A DNA stretch of 64,000 nt, from positions 558,001 through 622,000 of the forward strand of contig CM060733.1 in NCBI GenBank assembly GCA_030704615.1, given 5' to 3'. Positions 1 through 11,521 of this stretch are shown piece by piece; within the stretch, counting starts at the first letter, position 1, and each line of letters begins with the position of its first letter. The notes beneath the pieces were generated by a model, which saw nothing but the letters and a program-made list of their open reading frames with translations, made no database searches and was not told the origin of the DNA. Source of the DNA: Takakia lepidozioides. Lineage: Eukaryota; Plantae; Bryophyta. The translations under genes were made by a program, and so were the position numbers.

Positions 1-2777
1 TTCCATAATATAATTGAATTTAAATTAATTTTAAGCCAATAAATAGGTTTGCACTACCTTTCATTGGGGGTTTCTGGCATGTATCGATTTTTGTTTTTGC
101 TCGATTTTGTTCTGCGGCTTCCAGCATCCCACCACTACTCCCACGCCAAAATTTGGACCAATCAAAAAATGCCCCAAAAAAGGTGTTCTCTTCGCTCACT
201 ATTGCAGAACTCTCTATGAAGAATGCATGAAGTTAAACACAAATCAAGTTGGAGTGCAAAAATAGGGAAGAAACTGTGGTTTTGGGTCCAAATGAATTAT
301 GTTCGCTCCCAAATTTGGCACGCACGTTGCATATGGCTACATTACACGCCCCATTCAAAAACCGAATAAAAGAAAAATCGTGAGCACGCGAAACACAATC
401 CAACAGGTCCCAAAGCAATAGCAGATCCAGCGGAATACATTCAACGGTGAACGGATGGTTGCCCATCCAAATCATATTTGTTTGCTTCCAAACTTTGCTT
501 GTACGTTCGAGACACCCTCTCACAGGTCTCGGACTAATATCAGATCAATCGAAATTCATTCGATGGCTCAACGATGGTTGGCCATCGAGATGATTTTGGT
601 TCGCTTTGAGACTTGGCCAGTATGTTCAATGTGCCATGGAAGAGGCCCCAGAGTAATATGAGATCAATCGAAATTCGTCAATGGGCCGACGGATGGTTGC
701 CCATCCAAATGATTTTCGTTTCGCTTTGAGACTTGGCCAGTGTGTTCAATGTACCCTCTGATAGGTCCCAGTGTAATGAGATCAATCGAAATTCGTTCGA
801 TGGGCCAATGAGGCATTCAGTTGTCATCTAGTTTTTGTTCATTGCGAAAAAAAAAATCCTGCAATGCGTGCACGGCTATTGCACCCATTGTACGGATGTG
901 GTTGAAGCCCCTCTTTTTGCCCGCATGTGCTTGAACATGTGTGCGACACATGTGCGGAGACACAACAGACGAATAAATCATTTGCTCCCATCGACACACA
1001 AGCCATTCCATAATGTAATTGAATTTAAATTAATTTTAAGCCAATAAATAGGTTTGCACTACCTTTCATTGGGGGTTTCTGGCACGTATCGATTTTGTTT
1101 TTGGCTCATTTTGTTCTGCGGCTTCCAGCATCCCACCACTACTCCCCCGCCAAAATTTGGACCAATCAAAAATGCCCCAAAAAACAGGTGTTCTCTTCGC
1201 TCACTATTGCAGAACTCTCTATGAAGAATGCATGAAGTTAAACACAAATCAAGTTTGGAGTGGTTTTGGGTCCAAATAAATTATGTTCGCTCCCAAATTT
1301 GGCACGCACGTTGCATATGGCTACATTACACGCCCCATTCAAAAACCGAATAAAAAAAAATCGTGAGCACGCGAAACACAGTCCAACAGGTCCCAAAGCA
1401 ATAGCAGATCCAGCGGAATACATTCAACGGGTGAACGGATGGTTGCCCATCCAAATCATTTTTGTTTGCTTCCAAACTTTGCCAGTACGTTCGAGACACC
1501 CTCTCACAGGTCTCGGACTAATATCAGATCAATCGAAATTCATTCGATGGCTCAACGAATGGTTGGCCATCGAGATGATTTTGGTTCGCTTTGAGACTTG
1601 GCCAGTATGTTCAATGTGCCATGGAAGAGGCCCCAGAGTAATATGAGATCAATCGAAATTCGTTCAATGGGCCAACGGATGGTTGCCCATCCAAATGATT
1701 TTCGTTCGCTTTGAGACTTGGCCAGTGTGTTCAATGTACCCTCTGATAGTCCCAGTGTAATATGAGATCAATCGAAATTCGTTCGATGGGCCAATGAGGC
1801 GTTCAGTTGTCATCTGGTTTTTGTTCATTGCGAAAAAAAAAATCCTGCAATGCGTGCACGGCTATTGCACCCATTGAACGGATGTGGTTGAAGCCCCTCT
1901 TTTGCCCGCATGTGCTTGAACATGTGTGCGACACATGTGCGGAGACACAACAGACGAATAAATCATTTGCCTCCCCATCGACACCAAGCCATTCCATAAT
2001 GTAATTGAATTTAAATTAATTTTAAGCCAATAAATAGGTTTGCACTGCCTTTCATTGGGGGTTTCTGGCACGTATCGATTTTGTTTGGCTCAATTTTGTT
2101 CTGCGGCTTCCAGCATCCCACCACTACTCCCCGCCAAAATTTGGACCAAAAAATGCCCCAAAAAAAAGTGTTCTCTTCGCTCACTATTGCAGAACTCTCT
2201 ATGAAGAGTGCATGAAGTTAAACACAAATCAAGTTTGGAGTGCAAAACAGGGAAGAAAACTGTGGTTTTGGGTCCAAATGAATTATGTTCGCTCCCAAAT
2301 TTGGCACGCACGTTGCATATGGCTACATTACACGCCCCATTCAAAAACCGAATGAAAAAAAAATCGTGAGCACGCGAAACACAGTCCAACAGGTCCCAAA
2401 GCAATAGCAGATCCAGCGGAATACATTCAATGGGTGAACGGATGGTTGCCCATCCAAATCATTTTTGTTTGCTTCCAAACTTTGCCAGTACGTTTGAGAC
2501 ACCCTCTCACAGGTCCGGACTAATATCAGATCAATCGAAATTCATTCGATGGCTCAACGGATGGTTGGCCATCGAGATGATTTTGGTTCGCTTTGAGACT
2601 TGGCCAGTATGTTCAATGTGCCATGGAAGAGGCCCCAGAGTAATATGAGATCAACCAAAATTCGTTCAATGGGCCGACGGATGGTTGCCCATCCAAATGA
2701 TTTTCGTTCGCTTTGAGACTTGGCCAGTGTGTTCAATGTACCCTCTGATAGGTCCCAGTGTAATATGAGATCAATCG
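1..2777. repeat. Tandem array of ~1-kb units, each containing 3-4 internal ~120-bp subrepeats
   Basis: TTCCATAAT(A/G)TAATTGAATTTAAATTAATTTTAAGCC recurs at 1, 1006 and 1992 (units of 1005 bp, 986 bp and a partial third). The internal subunit GATCAATCGAAATTC...GATGGTTG(C/G)CCATC...GAGACTTGGCCAGT repeats about every 120 bp. The array runs off the left edge. Confidence 0.95.
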
Positions 2778-2786
2778 TTAACGATT

Positions 2787-4480
2787 AATCATGAATCATC
2801 CAACAGGGGAACTGTTGGTTCACCCTTTGAACCATTTAACATTGACATCATACTTGTCCAGTAACTTTAAGAGGGCATGTACAAGACACTCGCAAAGTTT
2901 CAAATGAATCCAAAATCATTTGGCAGGGGAATGATTGGTTCACCCATAGCCAATTTAGGGCTGAATGCCATTGGGGCTTCAATTGCCAATTTCAGGGGCT
3001 GCAATTGCCATTTCACAGGCTACAGTTGCAATTTGAGGGGCGGAATTGTCATTTCAGGGCTAGAAGTGCAATTTGAGGGGTTGGAATTGACAATTTCAAG
3101 GGCTCAAATTACAATTTGAGGGGCGGCCGGGTTGGTCATTTTAGGGACTGCATACCAATTTTAAGGGCTTGAATTGCATTTTGAATTGTAATTCAAGGGT
3201 TACAATGGGCCATTGGGGGCTAGAATTACCAAAGCAATGACATCCAAAGCAATATAAAATCATTTGATAGCGGAATGATTGGTTCACCCTTTCAACCATT
3301 TTTTATTCACGTCATACTTGTCCGGTACTTGTAGGAGGGCATGTGGCTGACACTTGCAAAGCTTCAAAGCAATGTAAAATCATTTGATAGGGGAACAATT
3401 GGTTCACCCTTTCAACCATATTTTACTAACCTCATACTTGTCCGGTACCTTTAAAATGGCATGTGAAAGACACTTGCAAAGCTTTAAAGCACTCCAAAAT
3501 CATTTGATATGTTCATGATTGATTCACCCTTTTAACCATTTTAGATTGATTTGAAACTTGTGAAAGACCTGTAAGAGGGCATGTACAAGACACTTGCAAA
3601 GTTTCAAATCAATTTAAAATCATTTGGTAGGGGGACGATTGGTTCACCCTTTAAACCATTTTAGATTGATGTCATACTTCTCAAAGACGTGTAAGAGGGC
3701 ATGTAGAAGACACTTGCAAAGTTTCGGAGCAATAAAATATCATTTCATCGGGGAAGTTTCCGTTCACCCTTTCATCCAATTTTGAATTGAACTGGATTTT
3801 TACTAAATAAAATGATTTAGAGGGCATAGGATTGTGGGGCGCAATGATTTTGTTTTTGGCTTGATTTTGTTCTGTGAGTTGAACCCTCACACCACCACAT
3901 CCTTGCCAAAAAAGTACCAAAGAAAAATGTTTGGAAAAAAACGTTCATCCTTTGCTCTATGCTCACTATTGCAGAACTCTCTATGAAGAGTGCATGAAGT
4001 TGAAGATAACTTCACCTTGGAGTGCAAATGAGGGAATAAAATGTGTTTTGGATGCAGACGATGTCTGTTCATGGTGATATTTTGCATGCAACTCTTCATG
4101 TTGTTATCAAGCATATGGCTTCAGAATGGAATTAAAAACAATTCATGTGCAGGCGAAAGGTTGTTTCTCCTTATGAATTTGAATAACCGATTCAAACAAC
4201 TTTGTTGAAGTTCAACTTTGGTCCATATGTGCTTAAGTACGTACAAATCACGTACACAAAGTTGCAAGCGAAGAAATAATCATTTGCCCCCCGAACGACT
4301 CGTTAAACCTTTCAACCAATTTTCAATCATGAATCATTTAATGGGGAACTATTGGTTCACCCTTAGAACCATTTTAGATTGACCTCATACTTGTCCGGTA
4401 ACTTAAAGAGGGCATGTACAACACACTCCCAAAGTTTCAAATCAATCTAAAATCATTGGCAGGGGAACGATTGGTTCACC
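2787..4480. repeat. Degenerate ~120-bp repeats (inverted relative to the subrepeats in 1-2777) plus a diverged copy of the 1-kb unit body
   Basis: GGTTCACCCTT..AACCATTTT...GAGGGCATGT...GACACTTGCAAAG...AAATCATTTG recurs about 7 times. Its reverse complement aligns to CCAAATGATTTT...TTTGAGACTTGGCCAGTGT...TACCCTCT of the left array. Positions 3860-4300 match the unit body in direct orientation (GCTCACTATTGCAGAACTCTCTATGAAG). Confidence 0.85.
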
Positions 4481-4651
4481 CATTGACCCGGTGTACACTG
4501 TCACTCTTCAAGATTCGTGGGTGTGGTGCTTGATTATCCCATATGATGGACCCAGGTGCCATGGCCAAGTAACAAACCATTAAAACATTATGGTACGAGA
4601 CAAACACAATTGAAAACAACATTTATTCAAACATGATGTACAGTCAGAGGT

Positions 4652-6130
4652 CTACAAGTTTCTATCCATCCTCCAGCAATTTTTGGGCTCAGGCCAATTG
4701 AATAGCCCCGTCATGAAACGCTTCACAACATTTTCTAGTTTGTACCGCAACTCTACTGTGTCTACACACAAGTTTTCCAGAGCGGAAGCAAAACAGGTTC
4801 CAGTAGACATATCGTTGAACAGACTTGCATCGAACGTGTTACCCCCATTTATTGCCTGGGCTATCTTTCCAATTGCAAAGGTCTCTGATGGCACGGTTAG
4901 AGGGGGCCTACGAGGTGTGCCATCTGACTGGTTGTTGGCTACATTATGAACAATTGCAATTTCAGGTGCAATCCACCATCTATGTGCGAGAGTCTTTATC
5001 ATCTTGTCTCTGCTCTCGAAAATGTACAACGTGGTTTTTGGGTCATCCGTCGTGGAGGCCATCCCCAATCGCATACCCGATGTACACATCTTCAGACCCT
5101 TGTGGAAAATGCAACAAGATGTTGTCGGGGGACATGTCGTTGTGCAAGAGGTGGTGATTATGGACGTTGAGCATGATGTGCAAAAGCGCCCATGCCAATT
5201 GGGTGCGATTCTGTCGGAATCGAACCAGTCGGTTGACCTCCTGCATTTCCTGCTCCGTCCCCCGTCGTTCCATTAACTCCCTGTTATCCCGATCATTCCC
5301 CCATTTCCTGTCAATACTCAACCATGATCGTATGGTCCCCCCATTCCACCAATGTGTGTAACCTTCATTTCGACGTGGATGCAACGCAAAATACTTTATG
5401 ATGCCGAAATGATGGAACTTTACAGCCAACGCCTCATTGTTATGTTGGACTTTGGCAAGCTCAGCATTTGTTTCCCTGGGCGTTTTCCCTGCTAGCTCCC
5501 AAGATGGAGGAATGAATTGATCCCCAACAATTCTAACCCTCCGAATTGTACCATACCCTCCCTGTTTGGGCGCGTCGAGTTGTTGTACCTGTGCGTTTGT
5601 GGATATGTATCTCACGTTCAATGCCGCATCCGCGGACGAGGACCCTGCCTTCCATGGGAGTGGTTTTGTACGTCGTTTGGCGTGGGCCTTTGCCATGTCA
5701 GACCACCAATCCACAAGCACAAACAACTCCTCCTCCGAAGTTGGCATGCGACCTTCAGCTACAGGTGTTCTCGTAACAAACTTGTCCATGGTTTGCCTCA
5801 GATTCCATGTGGCATCATGGGCCCGGTCCTCCATCCATTTCGTGAACTGGAACTTCGCCCTGTCCTCCTCCCATCATCCCCGGCCAAAGCCTCCTCATTC
5901 TCATCTCCATATTGTGCTGGAATCTAAGGAACCCCTCATTCCCATGTCGGACATACAAAAGATTCAAACGCATTATGTCATTGTCCTTCAAATAATCCAG
6001 CACTACTTGCTTCACCACCTTCGCGGCCTCTGCGCTTGGATAGTCTTTTTTGTTGACCTGACTATCTCGTTCATGTGCATGTTTACGCTTCCTACTTTTA
6101 CGCCCACTTCCCGAGGAACCCCCTGACACT
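4652..6130 (-). pseudogene. Intronless protein kinase (frameshifted), TE cargo
   Basis: ORFs 5815-6130, 5043-5834 and 4652-5089 join to give KQGGYGTI (Gly loop), LAGK, HNNE, HNDMSPDNILLH (catalytic loop), WIAPE and SETFAIG. Restoring two G in G-runs near 5065-5080 gives VYIGVCDWGMAS (DFG equivalent). There is another frameshift near 5878. Confidence 0.8.
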
Positions 6131-6469
6131 GCGTTCGAAGCAATGATGAATGTACTCTGCGGAATAGACGCGGCTTCGTAACGGAAAACTAAACCCAAAC
6201 TATTGATAACCTTATATACTAGCAGACCAATTTCCTCACCCTCTATTGGTATAGTACCCAAAGCAAACTCTCCCGCAGTCCCAGGAAAAAAAGGCAAAAA
6301 CTCCTCCCCCACACAAATCCACTTTCTCCCCCCCCCAAATGGGTTGGGAATGAGGGGTAGGCCCTTATATACTGCCTGGAGAGGCCTGACGTGCGACCGC
6401 CTCTGCTGCCCATTCACGCCTCGCCACGTGTCCAGGGAGCGGTCGCACCTAATAACAAAAAAGAAAAAG

Positions 6470-6940
6470 TCTGCGACCACCACCGGCTGGTGGTCGCACC
6501 CATTTAAAAAATAATTAAAAATGTGCGACCATCGCACCCATTTAAAAAATAATTAAAATGTGCGATGCTGGTGGTCGCACCATTAAAAAATAATTAAAAA
6601 TGTGCGACCATCCTCTGCTGGTGGTCGCACCTATTTAAAAAAATGAAAAAGTTGCGACCACCACCTGCTGGTGGTCGCACCTATTTTTTTTTAAAAAAAA
6701 AATTGCGACCAACACCTGCTGGTGGTCGCACCCAATTTTAAAAAAAGAAAAAATGTGCGACCACCCTCTGCTTGTGGTCGCACCTATTAAAAAAATTGAA
6801 AATGCTGCGACCACCACCTGCTGGTGGTCGCACCCATTTAAAAAATAAGAAAAAATGTGCGACCACCCCCTTTCTGGTGGTCGCACCTATTTAAAAAAAA
6901 TAAAAATTTGTCCGACCAACCTTTGCTGACGGTCGCATGA
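6470..6940. repeat. Array of ~10 palindromic units, ~51-bp period (TGCGACCACC-N6/7-GGTGGTCGCACC plus A-tract)
   Basis: Units start near 6472, 6524, 6561, 6603, 6653, 6704, 6756, 6806, 6858 and 6911. The same array occurs at 62235-62735. Confidence 0.95.
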
Positions 6941-8142
6941 TTGACAATATAAATCATAATATATGAATTTTACAGATAATTAATGAAGTCCACGTAATGA
7001 GGCCACATCGGTTGCCACGTCGGTTCTCATAGTAAATAGTCAATAGTAAGATTAAAAAATAAACATATTTATGTACAGTATCGTCGATTACAAATGGTAA
7101 TCTGTTTTATCATGCCCAAATGGATTGCTTGGAGGCATGTCCTGATTCTGAAATATTGCAGGTTGGTCCTTATGCTTTGCTTGATGCATGACCCTATGCT
7201 GATAAGGTAAGGTGCTGCAATCAGTGATTCTGACCTTGTCATGACACCAGGCTCGTGGCCTGCAATTTAATTATTCATTGGCGAAGATGGCCGGATCTCG
7301 GATGTTGAAGATGCTTGTATCTCTACATGAACAAACCCGGCCCTCCCACCTTGTTTTATCAAGACTGATTGGGTGACATCAATTCATGGGAAGCTACGAC
7401 AAGAATGGAAATGTTAGATGGTGCCCTGTTTTGGGCTGTTTATGTCTTTAATTGACAATGACCCTAGTGGGTCTTGTCCATGTCTTGACATGACATGAAT
7501 ATCTTCCCTCTTTTGTTTGTTTTGTTTTTTAAGCAACACAAAAGATAGGGAGAAAGAGGGAGAGATTAGGAAAGGTGGGGGGGGAGTGACTAAGCAGCTG
7601 CTGCTCAGTCACCCCCCCCCCCCACCTTTTTTTCTTATTTTTCTTGCACCCTCTCTGGTGGGGCGGAGCTGAGAGCATCATCACTTGCTGCTCTCAGCCC
7701 CCACATTTTTTTTTTTTTTTTTTGGATCTGGAATGTAGAGATTGTTTCTTGGTGAGGCCAACTTTTGGGTTTGCATGACAGATGCCAGGCTTATGGGGAA
7801 AGAGAAGAAGTCCCCTGCCCCAAAGAAAGAGGCGGAGAACCCGTTTGCTCTGCCGGCACGTGTGACGCGGGCTGGCGTCTCACGGTTAACCAGCCCCGTC
7901 GACAGCTGCAGCCGGAGGCTCCTTTGCCCGCTGAGGCTAGCCCCCCCCCCCCCTCTTGTCCCCGTCTTGGATTCGCCAGGGGCCGGCTCAGCCACCTCTC
8001 CTATTCGGGAGGTTGTTGCTGGGCCGGATGCTCGGTTGAGCACACCCCAGGCAACCAAGACGGGTGAGATATACCTTGGCAAGCGCATCACCCGTTCGGG
8101 CAACTTTTGGATGTCACCCATATACAGACCCCTTCCTCCGCA

Positions 8143-8600
8143 CACTACTACATTTGGGGGGGGGGGTTTAGCGATGCCCAGCGACCTCCAACCGTCGCGA
8201 TTAGCGACGGAAATACTCTATGGCGCCCGGGGCGCGCCGGGGGCATTTTGCGACGTCGCTCCCGGAACGTCGCTAATTAGCGTCGTCGGGGAATCGCAAA
8301 CCCCCGGGACCCCCCGGCCGCGGCGCCGGAGCGACTTGCGACGTCCGGGCATTAAATTATTTAATTTTATTTAAAAATACAAATAATTAAAATAATAATT
8401 TAAAAAAACGTGTTTTTCTACGACATTTTTTCTACGACGTCGCATTAGGGATGTCAGGGGGTCGTAAATGCGACCCCCAGACGTCACAGTAGGGGGGTAC
8501 ATTTGAATTTAGGTGGGAAAATTTGAATTTGAATTTTAATTTCAAAACTAGTTGACCATTGACTCGGCGTTGACCATTGACTTCGGTTTTGTCCAATAGC
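8143..8600 (+). mobile_element. CACTA (En/Spm) left terminus with subterminal GCGAC/GTCGC repeats
   Basis: CACTACTACATTT at 8143 is followed by many direct and inverted GCGAC(G)/(C)GTCGC motifs to ~8490. A matching right TIR was not found in the window. Confidence 0.6.
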
Positions 8601-8839
8601 AGTTCATGCATTATTCTACATATATTAGGCAATGCATATTTGAACCTATGACCTCCACATTATAACATTTCTAAGACACTGCACACTAACCAACAAATCT
8701 ACAATACATCTATGTATCACAAAAGCAGTCCAAGTATATATATACATATCAAGAGGTCCTTTTGGATTGATGGTCGATCAAATCCTCCATGGGTCATGAC
8801 ACAAGGTCAAGGACAATGTGGTGAGGGCAGCTTCTTCTT

Positions 8840-10900
8840 TCACCTATTTCAGCCTGTTTTTCCCTCTCATCAGACTCGGCCCTGAGATGCATATTGAATT
8901 TTGTACTTTAGCTCGTTGGGTGGATCTGTGGTGGTTAGGAGTGACTTTGACAAGCTACTGTTGGAAAACATCCAAATTAAACAGGTAACAAAGATGATGA
9001 GAAGCTGCGGTACGAATACTTTTATGACCCCAGTCAATGGTGGGACAACGTTGGCAAAAGGTGAATGTTTGTCAGATTACCAGATGACATTCTGAACGCT
9101 GCAGACACAAGCTGCACACACAAGAGGTCTTTGTTTTACCCTCTCATTAGACTCGGCCCTGAGATGCATATTGAATTCTGCAAGTTAGCTCGTTGGGTGG
9201 ATCTGTGGTGGTTAGGAGTGACTTTGACAAGTTACTGCCGATGTGACAGCACGAAAGTATCCAAAAACAGATAACATAGATGAGAAGAAGCTCGTTGGTC
9301 GATCTATGGTGTTTTGTAGTGATTTTGATATGTTACTGTAGGTAGGGTTGGGGTGTTTGCTGGAAGAACTTCACGCCATCAGTCTCAGCTGCTTTAGCTG
9401 CTAGCAGCAAGGTTGAGGTTGTATTCATGGTTTGTACACAGGTGAAGAGAGGCCGTACGCCCAAGTATCCTCGCCTCAGCCCCCTGCCAAAATGCTATGT
9501 TATCCGTTTCACTCTGAAACAGAATCCACTTGTCATTTAGGGTTGGAGTAGCCCTACTTGAGTTACCATCACACACTCTCTTATGATGTGGGCAAGAGCC
9601 TGAGATTATCATGATTAATTATTTTGAAGATCTTCAGGAACACTCAATCGGCTGACAGGATTGCCGTTAGCTGTGTCAAGTTGCAATCTCAAGCTTTGAA
9701 TGGAACCTCAAGGCTGGCTTGGTAGAGCAAGGATTGTTCTCCTTTGGGTGTTTATTACTTGTATGCTTACTTCTGGGCTTCAAGTACTCATGCTGCAATT
9801 TTGTGCAACAGGCCTGATGGACTGGAGAAGGCTTATGTCAGGTTGCAGACAGCTGATTATGATGCGTTGGACGTGACAAACAAGATAGGTATCATCTAGA
9901 ATGGTTCTTCTTGTTTGGAACTGGGTTGGTTTGAAAGGTGCTTTGTAAGTTTTGTAGTTTTCCAGTGTCAGCTGCTAGCAACAAGGCTGAGGATGTATTG
10001 ATGATTTGTACACAGGCAGGGATAGCTAAAGGACCAGGATAGAGGTCTAGATTCCGCGTGAGTAGATGGTCAACTGGAAACAGCAGCGGCAACAGCACAA
10101 TTGATAGAACAAGACACTGCTATTGAAGGTACATTCTTCAACACATTTCACCCTGTTTTTTCCTGTTATCAGAGTCGCCCCTAAATTGTCATGTTGAATT
10201 CTGCTGCAAGTTGGCTCGTTGGTGGAACTATGGCGGTTTTGGCGTGATTTTGACATGTTACTTCCAATGTGGTGAGGCTGTGCAAAGGACAATTGACCCT
10301 TTCCAAGAGAGCCGGATTTCAACACAAGATTACTTCTGATTCCTTGTGGATCAACAGCTACAAGAAATCTGCGTGGGTAGATGGTCAACTGGAAACAGCA
10401 GCGGCAGGAACACACTACCTTCCTCAACACGTTTCACCCTGTTTTTCCCTATTATCAGAGTCGCCCCTAAATTGTCATGTTGAATTATGCTGCAAGTTGG
10501 CTCATTGGTGGATCTATGGCGGTTTTGACGTGATTTTGACATGTTACTTCCAATGTGGTGAGGGCACCTTCTTCTTGTACACATGCATGGATAACTGAAG
10601 GACAGGCATAAAGACCCCGGTTCATCCAAGAGGGCCGGATTTCAACACAAGATTACTTCTGATTCCCTGTGGATCAATAGCTACAAGAAATCTGCGTGGA
10701 TAGATGGTCAACTGAAAACAGCAGCGGCAGGATCACAATTGATAGAAGGTACCTTCCTCAACACGTTTCACCCTATTTTTCTCTGTTATCAGAGTCGTCC
10801 CTAAATTTTCAAGTTGAATTCTGCTCCAAGTTAGCTCGAGGTGAATGCATGTTAGGTTACCTGGAGAGTAGCAGACGTAGATGGTCAACTAAAGGTAGCA
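8840..10900 (+). repeat. Degenerate direct repeats of ~290-325 bp, resembling duplicated exon/intron cassettes
   Basis: TAGATGGTCAACT(G/A)(G/A)AA..AGCAGC recurs near 10060, 10375, 10698 and 10876. CTGTTTT..CCT.T.ATCAGA.TCG.CCCT recurs near 8853, 9130, 10150, 10436 and 10768. GAAG|GTAC donor-like junctions are present. Confidence 0.75.
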
Positions 10901-11521
10901 GCTGTAGCACTAAGGGTCCCCTCTATGGGCATGTAAACACAGCCCACAAAGATCTCATATCCTACTCACGCCGCTGCAAGCAGGCCACCGCCGCACCAGC
11001 AACCAGCCACCAGCAGCAGGCCCCTGCACTTGGTGATTATTCACAATGCTCCTTCACTTAATATACATGTTAACAAGGCGTTATATAGGCAAAATATGTG
11101 GCTTAGATTCAGTTTGCATAATGTGAACAAGAATTTGCCCACCAGCTTCCAAGCTTTCTTCCTTATGCACTCATGCAAGGGACAGAGCTAAGTATCTGAA
11201 TCTGCTGAATTGTGTCCATGGTTTATAGGGGGCAGGGCAAATAATCATAGGTAGTTTTGTGCTTGAAATGCAGCCCTCTTGCACCCACGTTCCATCCCTG
11301 CTCCTTCACATATTCCTGCCAGAGAAAGAGAGAGAGAGAGGGAGAGCACTGATAGTGGTGTGCTCATTGTTTGGGGGGTGCAGGTTGGCGAGTCCCTCAC
11401 GAGCTGGAGCAAGCAGGAGGTCGCCGCCGCAGCAAGAGGCCATATTTGAGCCAACATCAATGGTATAAGTCCTTGTGGAGTCATACTAGCATTCCACTTG
11501 GGGCATGCAGCTTTAATTGCC

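Larger units (their letters stand above)
1..7051 (-). mobile_element. Helitron-like composite element (5' end at 7051, 3' end outside window) carrying tandem arrays and a kinase gene
   Basis: The minus strand begins A|TCTTACTATTGACTATTTACTATGAGAACCGACGTGGC, resembling plant Helitron 5'-TC termini after a host A. Cargo lies on the same strand. No Rep/helicase or 3' CTRR end is visible. Confidence 0.45.

Noticed and set aside
233-3119. Repeated short ORFs in the 1-kb array (and the Phe-rich ORFs in 16533-21700)
   Set aside because: These are by-products of tandem repeats. Frames break differently in each unit and show no protein motifs.
11074-11089. CAAGGCGTTATATAGG as left TIR of the P-like element
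   Set aside because: Only an 8-nt partial inverse match (CCTATATA, ~24555) was found and there is no TSD, so the termini remain undefined.
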